From: a virus
Lineage: Duplodnaviria > Caudoviricetes
IMG/VR virus record: IMGVR_UViG_3300017971_000334
Span: 1 to 54,872 of that record
Strand: one strand, 5' to 3'
DNA: 54,872 nt
A program made the position numbers and the translations under genes. Positions 17,714 to 27,519 of the stretch are shown piece by piece. The notes below the pieces were generated by a model that was given only the letters and a program-made list of their open reading frames with translations, made no database searches and had not been told where the DNA came from. The stretch's first letter is position 1; each line of letters starts with the position of its first letter.

Positions 17714-18637
17714 ATGGCGAACAATCACGAAAATCAACTGTTGCAGGTACTCAGCCGAATTGGAATCCAGGAGGTGAACTTCCTGGCGGGCAACATCTTC
17801 TTCGTGGATTCAGGGGCGACCAACGCCTCTGACGCGAACGATGGGCACGGGAAGAGCTGGGATCAGCCGTTTTCGTCGATTGACTATGCCGTAGGCATGT
17901 GTACGGCGAACAACGGAGACCTGATTCTGGTGGCTCCCAACCACGCCGAGACGGTCAGTTCGGCCAGCGCGCTGGACGTGGACGTGGCGGGCGTGACGAT
18001 CAAAGGCATCGGAGAGGGGGACGAGAGGCCGTTGATTACGGTTGGGGCGACCGGTGTGGCCGGGGCGGACGTCGATCTGGCGGCGGCCAACTGCGTGCTG
18101 GACAACCTGCGGTTTACCATATCGGCGGTGGACGTGACCCATATCATTGATGTGGACGCGGACGGGTGCACGATCCGAAACTGCGAGATCAACATGAACG
18201 TCACGAGTTACGAGGCCGTTTCAGGGATTTCGCTGGCATCGGCGAATGTTGCCGACAAGACCACGATTGAGAACTGTACGATTCTGGCGACTGTGGCGGC
18301 GGGATCGAACGAGGGAATCGAGATCGAAGATGCACAGGACCGGGTACTGATTAAGGGGTGTACGATTATCGGGCACTTCAACGAGTCGTGTATCTGGAGC
18401 GATGCGGTGAACACGAACATCGTGATTCAGGACTGTTTCCTGAAGAACGACGAGTCGGGTGACTTCTGCATCGAACTGTCGGCTGCCTCGACCGGGTTCC
18501 TGATTCGGAACTATTACCACGGGGACACGGATGCTAATCTGGTCGACCCCGGTTCGTGCTTCTCGTATGAGTGTTACGGCGCGGATACGGTGGACACCAG
18601 CGGCTTCCTGTTACCGGCAGCGGGTTCGGCCACTTAA
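17714..18637 (+). CDS. right-handed beta-helix (pectin-lyase-like) virion protein, one module
   Basis: FFVDS...GKSWDQPFSSIDYA...ANNGDLILVAPNHAE...GVTIKGIG followed by (I/V)xNCxI coils. Confidence 0.8.
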   Translation: MANNHENQLLQVLSRIGIQEVNFLAGNIFFVDSGATNASDANDGHGKSWDQPFSSIDYAVGMCTANNGDLILVAPNHAETVSSASALDVDVAGVTIKGIGEGDERPLITVGATGVAGADVDLAAANCVLDNLRFTISAVDVTHIIDVDADGCTIRNCEINMNVTSYEAVSGISLASANVADKTTIENCTILATVAAGSNEGIEIEDAQDRVLIKGCTIIGHFNESCIWSDAVNTNIVIQDCFLKNDESGDFCIELSAASTGFLIRNYYHGDTDANLVDPGSCFSYECYGADTVDTSGFLLPAAGSAT

Positions 18638-18654
18638 TGTGAAGGAGATATACG

Positions 18655-21303
18655 ATGACTATTAGAAACTCAGCGGCTCTTTTGGCGACCCTGGAGGGGT
18701 ATGGGTTGCAGGAGGGCGACTATTTGACGCAAGGGAGTATCTTCTTCCTTGACTCCGGGCATGGGTCGGCGGCGGATTCAGTGTCGAACGGTACTTCGTG
18801 GGATACCCCCTTTGCCACGTTGGACTTTGCGCTGGGACAATGCACGGCGAGCGCCGGAGACGTGATTTACGTGGCGTCCCGGCACACGGAGACGATTGCG
18901 ACGGCGACGGCGCTGGCGGTCGACGTGGCGGGCGTGGCGATTATCGGACTGGGTTCCGGGAACCTGAGACCGACGTTTAGTATCGGGGCGACCGGCGTAA
19001 CCGGTTGCATCTTCAACATCGACGCGGCGAACGTGTTGGTGCGGAACCTGATTCTGAAGCCGGTGGCGGTGGACACCACGCTGTTGATGGACATTGACGG
19101 TGCCGGGGTGACGGTGGACAACTGTTACTTTGAGATGGACATTGGGTCCTACGAGGCGTGTACGGCCATCGACGTGGCGACGGATGACTGCGTGATTAAG
19201 GACTGCGTGTTCACCTGTACGGGCGACGGCGGTGCCCGCGCGATTGCCATTTCCTCCACGGTGGACAACCTGAGGATTGAGGGTTGCCACGTTGAGGGGG
19301 ACTGGGACAACGCCGGTATCTGGTCGGACCAGGTATTCACCAATGCGTTGATTATCAACAACTTCGTTTCTAACGTGGCCACGGGGCAGCACGCCATTGA
19401 GTTTTCGGCTGCGGGCACCGGAATACTGGCGAACAACCGACTGTATTCGGACACGCCGGGCATCGTTCTGGACCCCGGCTCGATGAAGTGTGCCGGCAAC
19501 CTTGCGGTGGACGCGATCAACCGGGGTGGAGTTCCCGTTCCGGCGGTAACGGACACGGCTGGTAGTGGCAGCGGCACGGACGTAGGCGGCCTCGGCACCT
19601 CTCCGGGTAACGAGTGGTACGTGGATTCGGGTCAGGGCGGTAATGCGACCGGCATAAGCTGGGAGGATGCCGTGGCCACACTGGATGCGGCGGTCAACCT
19701 CGCCACGGCGAACAACGGTGACGTGATTTACGTTGCACCGGGCCACGCGGAGAACCTGACCGCAGCGGAGTCGCTGGATATTGACAAGGCGGGCCTGACC
19801 ATCATCGGTGTCGGGACGGGGGCGGACATTCCGACCCTGAGCCTGACGACAGCGGGTACGGCCACCGTGAAGATCGACGCGGCCAGTTGTACGCTGAAGA
19901 ACCTCAAGATTCTCAGTAACTACACCGGCGGTATCGCTGAGGGTATCAACATCACCGGGAACGGGGATGACTGTACCATCGAGGACTGCTGGTTTGCGGA
20001 GACGTCGAGCACCAAGGAGATGCTGATTGCGATCTCGGCGGCGGCGGACGCCGACCGGCTGACGATTCGGAACAACAAGTTCATCGGGATTTCCGGTGGG
20101 TCGGATACCAACGCGATTGTGTTCGAGGGCGCGACCGACGAGTCTATCGTGGAAGGCAACTACTTCTGGGGCGACTGGAGCGACTACGTGATCGACGGCG
20201 CGACGGCTGCCGGAACGATGTTGCTGATTAAGGACAACGTGATCCACAACGTCGATACCGGCGCCGGGCTGACGATTGGCCTGCATGGGTCCTCAACGGG
20301 TACCGTGCTGGGCAACCGGTGTTACGGGGCCAAGGCGGGTATCGGCATCGTGGCGCTGGGAACGGCGCAGATGGACAATGTTGTGGTGAACGCCGTGAAC
20401 CGGGCCAGCCGGGTTGACAAGACGCTCGATACGTATGGCGAGACGGCGATCTCCGGGAAGAAGTACTACGTGGACTCGGCGACCGGCAGCGATGCGGCGG
20501 GAGCCGGATACACGTGGGAACTGCCTTGTGCGTCCATTGACTACGCGATCAGCAACCGGGCGACCGCCAACAACGGAGATATTATCTACGTGGCGGCGGG
20601 TCACGCGGAGGACCTGGCCGAGGCGCAGATTGATCTGGACGTGGCGGGCACCTCGATTATCGGTCTGGGCAGCGGCCCGGATCGACCGAGGATCGACTTC
20701 AACCACGCGAACTCCTCGTTCGACATTGGAGCGAACGGGTGTACGCTGAAGAACCTGACGTTCCGACCATCGGTGACGGTGGTGGCAATTGGCGTGGACA
20801 TCGAGGCGGGCGTAACGCATACGACCATCGAGAATTGCGAGTTTATGGACGGCGAGGCAGGTGACGGCACGGACGAGTTCGTGATCGGGATTGACCTGAA
20901 GGCCGGTTGCAACTACACCACCATCCGCAACAACAAGTTCACCACCCACGCTTCCTGCGACGGGTGTACCTGTGCCATTAAGCTGAGCGGTGCCTCGACG
21001 CATCCGTTGATAGAGGGTAACGATATACGGGGCCAATACAGCACCGCGTGTATCAACGGTATCACTACGTTGAGCACGGATATTCTCATTAAGGGAAATA
21101 TCCTCCAGCCGAAGGATACGGAGCCCGGTATCGAGCTTCTGACGGGCACGACGGGTATCATCTGCGACAACTACATCGCAACGAACCTAGCCACCAAGGC
21201 GGCGGCGATTGTCTGTGACGCGGCGTACCTGTTCGAGAACTACTATTGCGAGGCTGTGACGGAGACAGGCGGTCTTATTGGGACCGCATCGGTGGACGAT
21301 TAA
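18655..21303 (+). CDS. beta-helix virion protein with three tandem modules
   Basis: Three repeats of (F/Y)(L/V)DS...(S/T)W...GD(V/I)IYVA..H.E...IIG.G, each about 290 aa and paralogous to 17714..18637. Confidence 0.8.
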   Translation: MTIRNSAALLATLEGYGLQEGDYLTQGSIFFLDSGHGSAADSVSNGTSWDTPFATLDFALGQCTASAGDVIYVASRHTETIATATALAVDVAGVAIIGLGSGNLRPTFSIGATGVTGCIFNIDAANVLVRNLILKPVAVDTTLLMDIDGAGVTVDNCYFEMDIGSYEACTAIDVATDDCVIKDCVFTCTGDGGARAIAISSTVDNLRIEGCHVEGDWDNAGIWSDQVFTNALIINNFVSNVATGQHAIEFSAAGTGILANNRLYSDTPGIVLDPGSMKCAGNLAVDAINRGGVPVPAVTDTAGSGSGTDVGGLGTSPGNEWYVDSGQGGNATGISWEDAVATLDAAVNLATANNGDVIYVAPGHAENLTAAESLDIDKAGLTIIGVGTGADIPTLSLTTAGTATVKIDAASCTLKNLKILSNYTGGIAEGINITGNGDDCTIEDCWFAETSSTKEMLIAISAAADADRLTIRNNKFIGISGGSDTNAIVFEGATDESIVEGNYFWGDWSDYVIDGATAAGTMLLIKDNVIHNVDTGAGLTIGLHGSSTGTVLGNRCYGAKAGIGIVALGTAQMDNVVVNAVNRASRVDKTLDTYGETAISGKKYYVDSATGSDAAGAGYTWELPCASIDYAISNRATANNGDIIYVAAGHAEDLAEAQIDLDVAGTSIIGLGSGPDRPRIDFNHANSSFDIGANGCTLKNLTFRPSVTVVAIGVDIEAGVTHTTIENCEFMDGEAGDGTDEFVIGIDLKAGCNYTTIRNNKFTTHASCDGCTCAIKLSGASTHPLIEGNDIRGQYSTACINGITTLSTDILIKGNILQPKDTEPGIELLTGTTGIICDNYIATNLATKAAAIVCDAAYLFENYYCEAVTETGGLIGTASVDD

Positions 21304-21325
21304 CTTTGACATAGGGAGACGCGGT

Positions 21326-21709
21326 ATGTTGATGACGTGGAATCCCCGTTGGCATCGAGTAACCAATCACTCCGATACGGAGTTATCTCGTTGGGTAAGC
21401 AGAGAGTTCCCGGATGTCCGGGGACTCTTTGTCTATTTTCATCAGGATGCGGGCAACTGGGTGATTGCCCGGTGGCACAACCGGACGGCGGGCGAATTTT
21501 ACGATGTGTTCGTGGTGGGTCCGTCGCTGGGCGGATTCACGCGGTACAACGCGCTGGAAGTCCGCAAGCGGTTGCGGCAGCCCTACGAGAGCCGACAGAT
21601 GGCCGAGCGGATACGGGATGAGAGTTATCGGGAGAAGCGGCGGATGACGGACGAGTCGATGACCGACGCGGAACGGCGGAGGAAACGGAAGATACAGGTG
21701 ATGACATGA
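21326..21709 (+). CDS. hypothetical protein
   Basis: GGGAG RBS before ATG 21326; coupled to next gene. Confidence 0.65.
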   Translation: MLMTWNPRWHRVTNHSDTELSRWVSREFPDVRGLFVYFHQDAGNWVIARWHNRTAGEFYDVFVVGPSLGGFTRYNALEVRKRLRQPYESRQMAERIRDESYREKRRMTDESMTDAERRRKRKIQVMT

Positions 21710-22071
21710 GCGACTATCACGTGTTGCAGACGACGGATGCGCTGCACGAGATTACGGCGGTGCTCCACGTGCCGGTGCCGGATGAGAATAACGCGGCGGG
21801 GGTGAACTACCGGACGGCGGTGAAGCAGTACGCGCCGAAAACGGAAAGCGAGGTGCCGTGGTTGGAGGCGGAGGACCCGACCGAGTACGCGGCCATCCTG
21901 AACGGAGAGATCGTGGAACGCCGGTTGACGATACCGGTGACGGCGACCCTGACACTGGGACAGAAGCGGGACGTGATGGATGCCCGCTATACGACGTTTG
22001 CGGCGACGGTAGAGGATCAGATACGGAATCAGTTGAACTACTGGGGGATGGATAGGGACGTGCCGGAATGA
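21706..22071 (+). CDS. hypothetical protein
   Basis: 121 aa, ATGA overlaps on both sides. Confidence 0.7.
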   Translation: MSDYHVLQTTDALHEITAVLHVPVPDENNAAGVNYRTAVKQYAPKTESEVPWLEAEDPTEYAAILNGEIVERRLTIPVTATLTLGQKRDVMDARYTTFAATVEDQIRNQLNYWGMDRDVPE

Positions 22072-22769
22072 GTAAAGCCACCGTACAGATAGGGATGCCG
22101 ACGTATGACGCGGCGGAGAAGGATTACCTCAAGGGACTGCTGGAGATGATTACCTACGACCTGAGCCACGACAGGCATATTCAGGGGATTATCCCGGTCG
22201 AGGGACATCCGGTAGCGAAGGTTCGCAACGAGATTGTCGTCAGGTTCCTCCAGCAGACGACCTCGGATTACCTGTTGTGGATCGACGTGGACGAGCTGGT
22301 GCCCAAGTTTTCCGTGGAGCGACTGGTGTCGATGGGGGCGCCGGTGGCGGCGGGGTGGTACTACGGGCTGCTGGACAAAGGGATTTTTCCCATCTTGCAG
22401 TACGAGTTGGGCGACGTGAACGGGTGGGTGGAGGACATGGCCGACAGGATACGGAGCAGGAAGCCGTTTGACGTGGCGTTGGCGGCGGCGGGGTTCACCA
22501 TGATCCACCGGGACGTGTTCGAGAAGCTGGAGTTCCCGTGGTACGACTACGGAACGGGGTGCTTCGGCGGGACGGAGGATTCCTTCTTCACCCACCGGAT
22601 ACACGAGGAGGGGTACCGGTACCGGGTGGACCCGGTACTGTACGCGGAACACTTCAAGAAGATTCCCGTAGGGGAGTTTTCCCGCCAGTTGCTGGGATCG
22701 AACGGTATGAAGGAACGGGTGCAGGCGGAGATGGAGTCGATACGGGAGGTCTGGAATGACTACGTATAA
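22068..22769 (+). CDS. GT-A fold glycosyltransferase
   Basis: IGMPTY, VAKVRNEIV, YLLWIDVD (DxD), GFTMIHRDVFEKL, TEDSFF...H. Confidence 0.85.
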   Translation: MSKATVQIGMPTYDAAEKDYLKGLLEMITYDLSHDRHIQGIIPVEGHPVAKVRNEIVVRFLQQTTSDYLLWIDVDELVPKFSVERLVSMGAPVAAGWYYGLLDKGIFPILQYELGDVNGWVEDMADRIRSRKPFDVALAAAGFTMIHRDVFEKLEFPWYDYGTGCFGGTEDSFFTHRIHEEGYRYRVDPVLYAEHFKKIPVGEFSRQLLGSNGMKERVQAEMESIREVWNDYV

Positions 22770-23127
22770 AAAGAATTGGGGCTCGGAGAGTACGGGGACG
22801 GCGACGGTGGGGACAACTGAGTCGACCATACTGGACATCGACCTGACGACGAGCGGGTTGGAGGGGGTGGAGGTCACGTTGCAGGTGGTTGGCAGCGGGG
22901 ACACGGACGACCTGGACGCAAGTTTCTACAAAAGTCGCGACGGCACCAACGACGACGACATAACGTTTTACGAGTTTTCATTCCCGACACCGGATACGGA
23001 GTCGGACCAGAAAACGTTTACGTTTCTGAATACGGCCCACATCCTGGTGGGGACGAAATCGAGCGGGTCGACCAATACGTTTACGGTGACGTATTCGTGG
23101 AAGGGGTGGAACTGGACGGATGCCTAA
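22756..23127 (+). CDS. hypothetical beta-rich structural protein
   Basis: 123 aa, Thr/Ser/Asp-rich, within virion operon. Confidence 0.6.
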   Translation: MTTYKKNWGSESTGTATVGTTESTILDIDLTTSGLEGVEVTLQVVGSGDTDDLDASFYKSRDGTNDDDITFYEFSFPTPDTESDQKTFTFLNTAHILVGTKSSGSTNTFTVTYSWKGWNWTDA

Positions 23128-23130
23128 CAG

Positions 23131-24456
23131 ATGACCGAGATTTACCACAGCGAGAAGCCGCCTCCAGGGGCGCAGATCAACCTGACGCACCCACTGGCCG
23201 AAGATCTCGTCGGTGCGTGGCTGCTCAACGAGGGCGCGGGGCCTTCGGCCCATGACGCAAGCGGAAACGGGAACGACGGTACGGTATCCGGAGCGACGTG
23301 GGAGTCCGGTCATCTTTCCTTCGACGGGACGAACGATTTCGTCAGCCTCATCCCAGCGGGCACTGTCTTACCGGCAACGGGGTCGATCACGATCCGGGTA
23401 AGGATCAACACTTACGACGATAACGATACGCTGTTGCAGGATGAAGATAGCGGGTATCTGGATTGGGATATTAACTCGTCAGCATTACGAATACGCTTTT
23501 ATGATACCGACTTTGACGATGGCACGTTTACGGGTGTTATCTCCGATTCCGCCTGGCATACGATCACCGTCGCTTGGTCTACTGCCGGGATATGGTGCTA
23601 CGTTGACGGAAAATTATTCGGCAGCGACGCGGACTTTACCGGCCTGACGGCATCCGCCGACGGTCTAATTTTGGGTGCCGACCGGTCGGAGGGATTCAAT
23701 CTCGCCTGCGACGTCGAGTATGTCTATCTCTATAATCGCTGTCTTACCTCCGGCCAGGCCGCCCAGCTCGCCGCCGATCCCCACTGCTTCATGGACTGGT
23801 CCGGCCAGGGCCTCCGCTTCTGGGCCGCCGCGGCCACGACCACGACCACGACCACTACGACGACTACGACCAGCACCACATCGACAACCTCCAGCACCAC
23901 GAGTACCACAAGTTCGACAACCTCCACGACGACCACTACGACATCCACGACGACCAGTACGACCTCGACGACATCCAGCACCACGTCCACGACATCCACG
24001 ACGACCACGACATCCACGACGACCAGTACCACATCGTCCACGACATCCACCACATCGAGTACTACAAGTACTACAAGTACTACTTCGTCCACCACCAGTA
24101 CGACCAGCAGCACTACATCCACCACGTCCTCAACCACTTCGACGACGAGTTCCACGACGACATCGACAACCAGCACTACAACGACTACGACCAGCACCAC
24201 GTCGTCGACAACCAGTACGACCAGCACCACGTCGTCCACCACATCGACGACGAGTACGACGAGCAGTACGACTTCGACGACGAGCACCACGAGCACCACG
24301 AGTACGACTTCGACGACGAGTACGACGAGCAGCACCAGTTCTACGACATCGACAACCAGTAGTACGACGACGGCGGAGGAGAGGGCGCGGCGGAAAATAA
24401 ATGCGACCTTGGCACACGGCAGTTCTCTGATACGAACAGGGAGGTTAGCAGCGTAA
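23131..24456 (+). CDS. LamG/ConA-like domain protein with 179-residue pure Thr/Ser tract
   Basis: LVGAWLLNEGAG...DASGNGNDGT, FDGTNDFV, WHTITVAW, YVDGK, YLYNRCLT; T/S-only codons 23836-24372. Confidence 0.85.
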   Translation: MTEIYHSEKPPPGAQINLTHPLAEDLVGAWLLNEGAGPSAHDASGNGNDGTVSGATWESGHLSFDGTNDFVSLIPAGTVLPATGSITIRVRINTYDDNDTLLQDEDSGYLDWDINSSALRIRFYDTDFDDGTFTGVISDSAWHTITVAWSTAGIWCYVDGKLFGSDADFTGLTASADGLILGADRSEGFNLACDVEYVYLYNRCLTSGQAAQLAADPHCFMDWSGQGLRFWAAAATTTTTTTTTTTTSTTSTTSSTTSTTSSTTSTTTTTTSTTTSTTSTTSSTTSTTSTTTTTSTTTSTTSSTTSTTSSTTSTTSTTSSTTSTTSSTTSTTSSTTSTTSSTTTSTTSTTTTTTSTTSSTTSTTSTTSSTTSTTSTTSSTTSTTSTTSTTSTTSTTSTTSSTSSTTSTTSSTTTAEERARRKINATLAHGSSLIRTGRLAA

Positions 24457-25997
24457 TGTATCTCGGCGACATACAAGAAGATGAATCCGTAACCTTCTGG
24501 TGGTCCTCGAACGACTCCAACGGAGCGAGCCAGAACCCCTCCGGGTACGGAAGCTATAAGGTGGACAGGGACGACGGGACCGATTGCACGGGAAGCAGCG
24601 TGTCCAGCTCGAACGCGGACCCCGACGTGGGCATCCACCGGGTTACGATTGACACATCGGACAGCGCCAACTTCGCCACCGGGCACGACTACACGGTGTG
24701 GATTGACGGTGCCACCATCGACTCGCAGACGGTCAACGCGGCACTGGCCACGTTCAGCATCGAAAACCGGTTGCACGACATAGCGGAGGCGGGGGGGTAC
24801 AGTGCGGGGATCACGGTACGGACGACGGGCAGTTCGGCGATTCAGGGAGCGAGGGTGTGGCTGTCCTCCAGCGCCACCGGGTCGCCGGTCACGCAGGGAT
24901 ACCTGACTACGGACGCAGCGGGACTGGTCACGTTCTGGGTGCCCAACGGTACGTATTACATCTTCGCGGCGGGGGCCGGATACGATTACACCAATGACGA
25001 GTCGATCACGATCAACAACGCGAACAACACCAAGACGGTCGATTACGGAACGCTGGTGGGCACGGGCGGCTCGGACGCCGGAACGGAGACGACGGACTCG
25101 ACGATCTCTAAACTACTCGCCCGCATCCGGCTGCTGGTCGACGAACCAACGGCGAACAAGAAGTATTCCGATTCGCACCTGCTCCGGTTGTCGGAGGAGG
25201 CGTTTGCCCAGATACTACAGGAACTCAACCGAAACGAATCCACGCAGCTCGTCGCCGACTACAGTTTCAGTTACGTGGACGGTACGGACCGGTACATCCT
25301 GCCCCCGACGGTGGGCACGGTTATCAGCATCGGCGAGGTGACGACGGAGGGGTACAAGGACTTCTTCGGTACGGGAAGCCGGAACAGCACGCTGGGGATC
25401 GGGTGCAAGATCGAAGGGAACACGATCAACTTCCAGCCGGACTTCCTGTCGGGCGACGAGACGGTACACGTATATTACCTGCCCGACGGCGCGGCCCACC
25501 TGTTCAGCGCCTTCGCCACGACGGTCGACAACGACGTTCCGAGCGTGACCGCACCCGCATCCCCGACGGAGGGCACGATTGACGCAAGGCCCAACGCCTA
25601 CCTCGGCTACATCCTGCGGGTCCTGCCCACGTCGCCCAACAGTATCGAGCAGCAACGGATTATCACGGCCCAGTCGGGCAGCACGTACAAGACCTACACG
25701 GTGTCCCCGGCATGGAGCACGAACATACTGGCAACGGGCAGCGGGGCGAAGTTCGAGGTGCTGCCGAGCTGGTATCCTCACCTGTGGACGGTGGCCGCCC
25801 TGAAAGTTGCGTTGCGGATTGCCGGCATCGAGGGCAACACCCGCCGACACCAGACGCTGATGTTGGAGTACCGGGACGCCCGCCGGTCCCTCGACGTGAG
25901 CGCGTTCAACCGGGACTTCATGCACGGCCCGACCCGTTCGCGGGACGCCTACCATAGCCGTCGGCGGGGTTGGCCGTATGGGAGGTGCATCTACTAA
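24456..25997 (+). CDS. virion structural protein (Ig-like N-terminal part, adaptor-like C-terminal part)
   Basis: 513 aa; IQGARVWL...TTDAAGLVTF..PNGTYYI Ig-like strands; LLARIRLLVDEP resembles head-tail adaptor starts. Confidence 0.6.
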   Translation: MYLGDIQEDESVTFWWSSNDSNGASQNPSGYGSYKVDRDDGTDCTGSSVSSSNADPDVGIHRVTIDTSDSANFATGHDYTVWIDGATIDSQTVNAALATFSIENRLHDIAEAGGYSAGITVRTTGSSAIQGARVWLSSSATGSPVTQGYLTTDAAGLVTFWVPNGTYYIFAAGAGYDYTNDESITINNANNTKTVDYGTLVGTGGSDAGTETTDSTISKLLARIRLLVDEPTANKKYSDSHLLRLSEEAFAQILQELNRNESTQLVADYSFSYVDGTDRYILPPTVGTVISIGEVTTEGYKDFFGTGSRNSTLGIGCKIEGNTINFQPDFLSGDETVHVYYLPDGAAHLFSAFATTVDNDVPSVTAPASPTEGTIDARPNAYLGYILRVLPTSPNSIEQQRIITAQSGSTYKTYTVSPAWSTNILATGSGAKFEVLPSWYPHLWTVAALKVALRIAGIEGNTRRHQTLMLEYRDARRSLDVSAFNRDFMHGPTRSRDAYHSRRRGWPYGRCIY

Positions 25998-26530
25998 TGC
26001 GTATCTATCCCCCCGACAGCACCCGTTGGAGCCTGCGGCTCCCCGAAACCCTCTCGTTCGTCGAGACCGACCCGTTGAACCCTTCCGGGGTCCTAGACAA
26101 CGACGACCCCATGCGTCCGGTGACGCCGATGGGGTCCGAGGAAGTCCGGCAACCGGAGGAGGACCTGCGGCAACCCTACTACAGCTTGGGTGAGACGCGG
26201 ATGACGACGGGCATCATGCCCAGCCAGAACACGCCGGGCACGACGGGCCGCATCGCAGTCGCCGTCATGGACAAGGGTGTGGTGTCGAGCAACGTGGGGG
26301 ACAGCGACACGACGGTATCGTTTACGCTGCCGAATCGGGGCGGGACGGAGACGGCGACATTGCTGTTCCCGTATGATAGTGATGCGGCGGACCTGTACGC
26401 GGCGTCAGACTGTCTGCCGCAGTACGAGGAAAACGACGAGATATTTGTGTTTCAGGTGGAGGACGGGACGTGGTACGCACCGGGGCCGTTTATCCCGGTG
26501 GAGAAGATCAAGGAAATCTTCGCGTGCTAG
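25997..26530 (+). CDS. hypothetical structural protein
   Basis: TAATG coupling with upstream gene; stop TAG runs into the 15-bp motif. Confidence 0.65.
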   Translation: MRIYPPDSTRWSLRLPETLSFVETDPLNPSGVLDNDDPMRPVTPMGSEEVRQPEEDLRQPYYSLGETRMTTGIMPSQNTPGTTGRIAVAVMDKGVVSSNVGDSDTTVSFTLPNRGGTETATLLFPYDSDAADLYAASDCLPQYEENDEIFVFQVEDGTWYAPGPFIPVEKIKEIFAC

Positions 26531-26553
26531 GACCCCGGAAGGGTTGAGAACGC

Positions 26554-27510
26554 ATGGGAACCGTAACGGAGCTATTTGGCTATGATACGGACGACGACGC
26601 CATCGAGAACTGCACCCAAGTGTCAGTGGGACCGGGATGCGTCTACGAGGCGGGAGAGCTGGAAGCGTGCTACAACGATCCCGCCGAAACGGACGGGACG
26701 GTCAACCCCGGTTGGTTGGAGGTCTACGTTCCGGACTGTGCCGACTGGTACAAGGTCTGCTACGACAGCGAGGCCGACTCCCTCAGCGCCGAGATCCCCG
26801 ACGACTGTTGCACCACGACTACGACCACTACAACTACGACCACTACAACTACGACCACCAGTACGACGAGCAGTACGACGAGCAGTACGACCAGCACGAC
26901 CAGCTCCACAACATCTACAACCTCGAGCACGACGACTTCCACCACCAGTACCACGACCACGACCAGCACGACTTCGACGACCAGCACAACCAGCACGACT
27001 TCGACGACCAGCACGACCAGCACCACGAGTACTACAAGTACTACAAGCACTACGAGTACGACTTCGACGACCAGCACTACGAGTACGACGACTACGAGCA
27101 CGACTTCGAGTTCGAGCACGACCAGCACGACCAGTTCGACGAGTAGTACGACTACCGAGGGGTATGGGGATTGCACGGACTGTTGCGATGCACTCGAAGA
27201 GGCTTACCCCTCCGGGTTCTCCGTCAAGTTTGTCGGAGATGATGACTGCGAGGTGGAGGGCACGGCGACAAGAAATGCAGGTACCTGTCAATGGCAGTAT
27301 GATACGGGGACCGGTACCTCCATCACGATTACATTTTGTGGTGCCGGGGATACAATTTCGGCAGGAGTGGTGGACATCTGTCAGGGCGGAACGGACTGCG
27401 TGGACTGCACCGGGTCGTGGTCGCCCTATGATTACTGCTACTTCCCGAATACGGATGGGCTTCACGCCGATGGTCCGGGTAACACGGGAACATTCTACTG
27501 GGGGTATTAG
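26554..27510 (+). CDS. mucin-like protein: Cys-rich / 115-residue Thr-Ser tract / Cys-rich
   Basis: T/S-only codons 26812-27156 flanked by acidic Cys-rich segments. Confidence 0.8.
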   Translation: MGTVTELFGYDTDDDAIENCTQVSVGPGCVYEAGELEACYNDPAETDGTVNPGWLEVYVPDCADWYKVCYDSEADSLSAEIPDDCCTTTTTTTTTTTTTTTTSTTSSTTSSTTSTTSSTTSTTSSTTTSTTSTTTTTSTTSTTSTTSTTSTTSTTSTTSTTSTTSTTSTTSTTSTTSTTTTSTTSSSSTTSTTSSTSSTTTEGYGDCTDCCDALEEAYPSGFSVKFVGDDDCEVEGTATRNAGTCQWQYDTGTGTSITITFCGAGDTISAGVVDICQGGTDCVDCTGSWSPYDYCYFPNTDGLHADGPGNTGTFYWGY

Positions 27511-27519
27511 GAGAGTCGC

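Noticed and set aside
16088-21330. TTGACA hexamers at 16088 and 21306 as promoters
   Set aside because: The nearest -10-like hexamers are 25 and 13 bp away, outside normal spacing.
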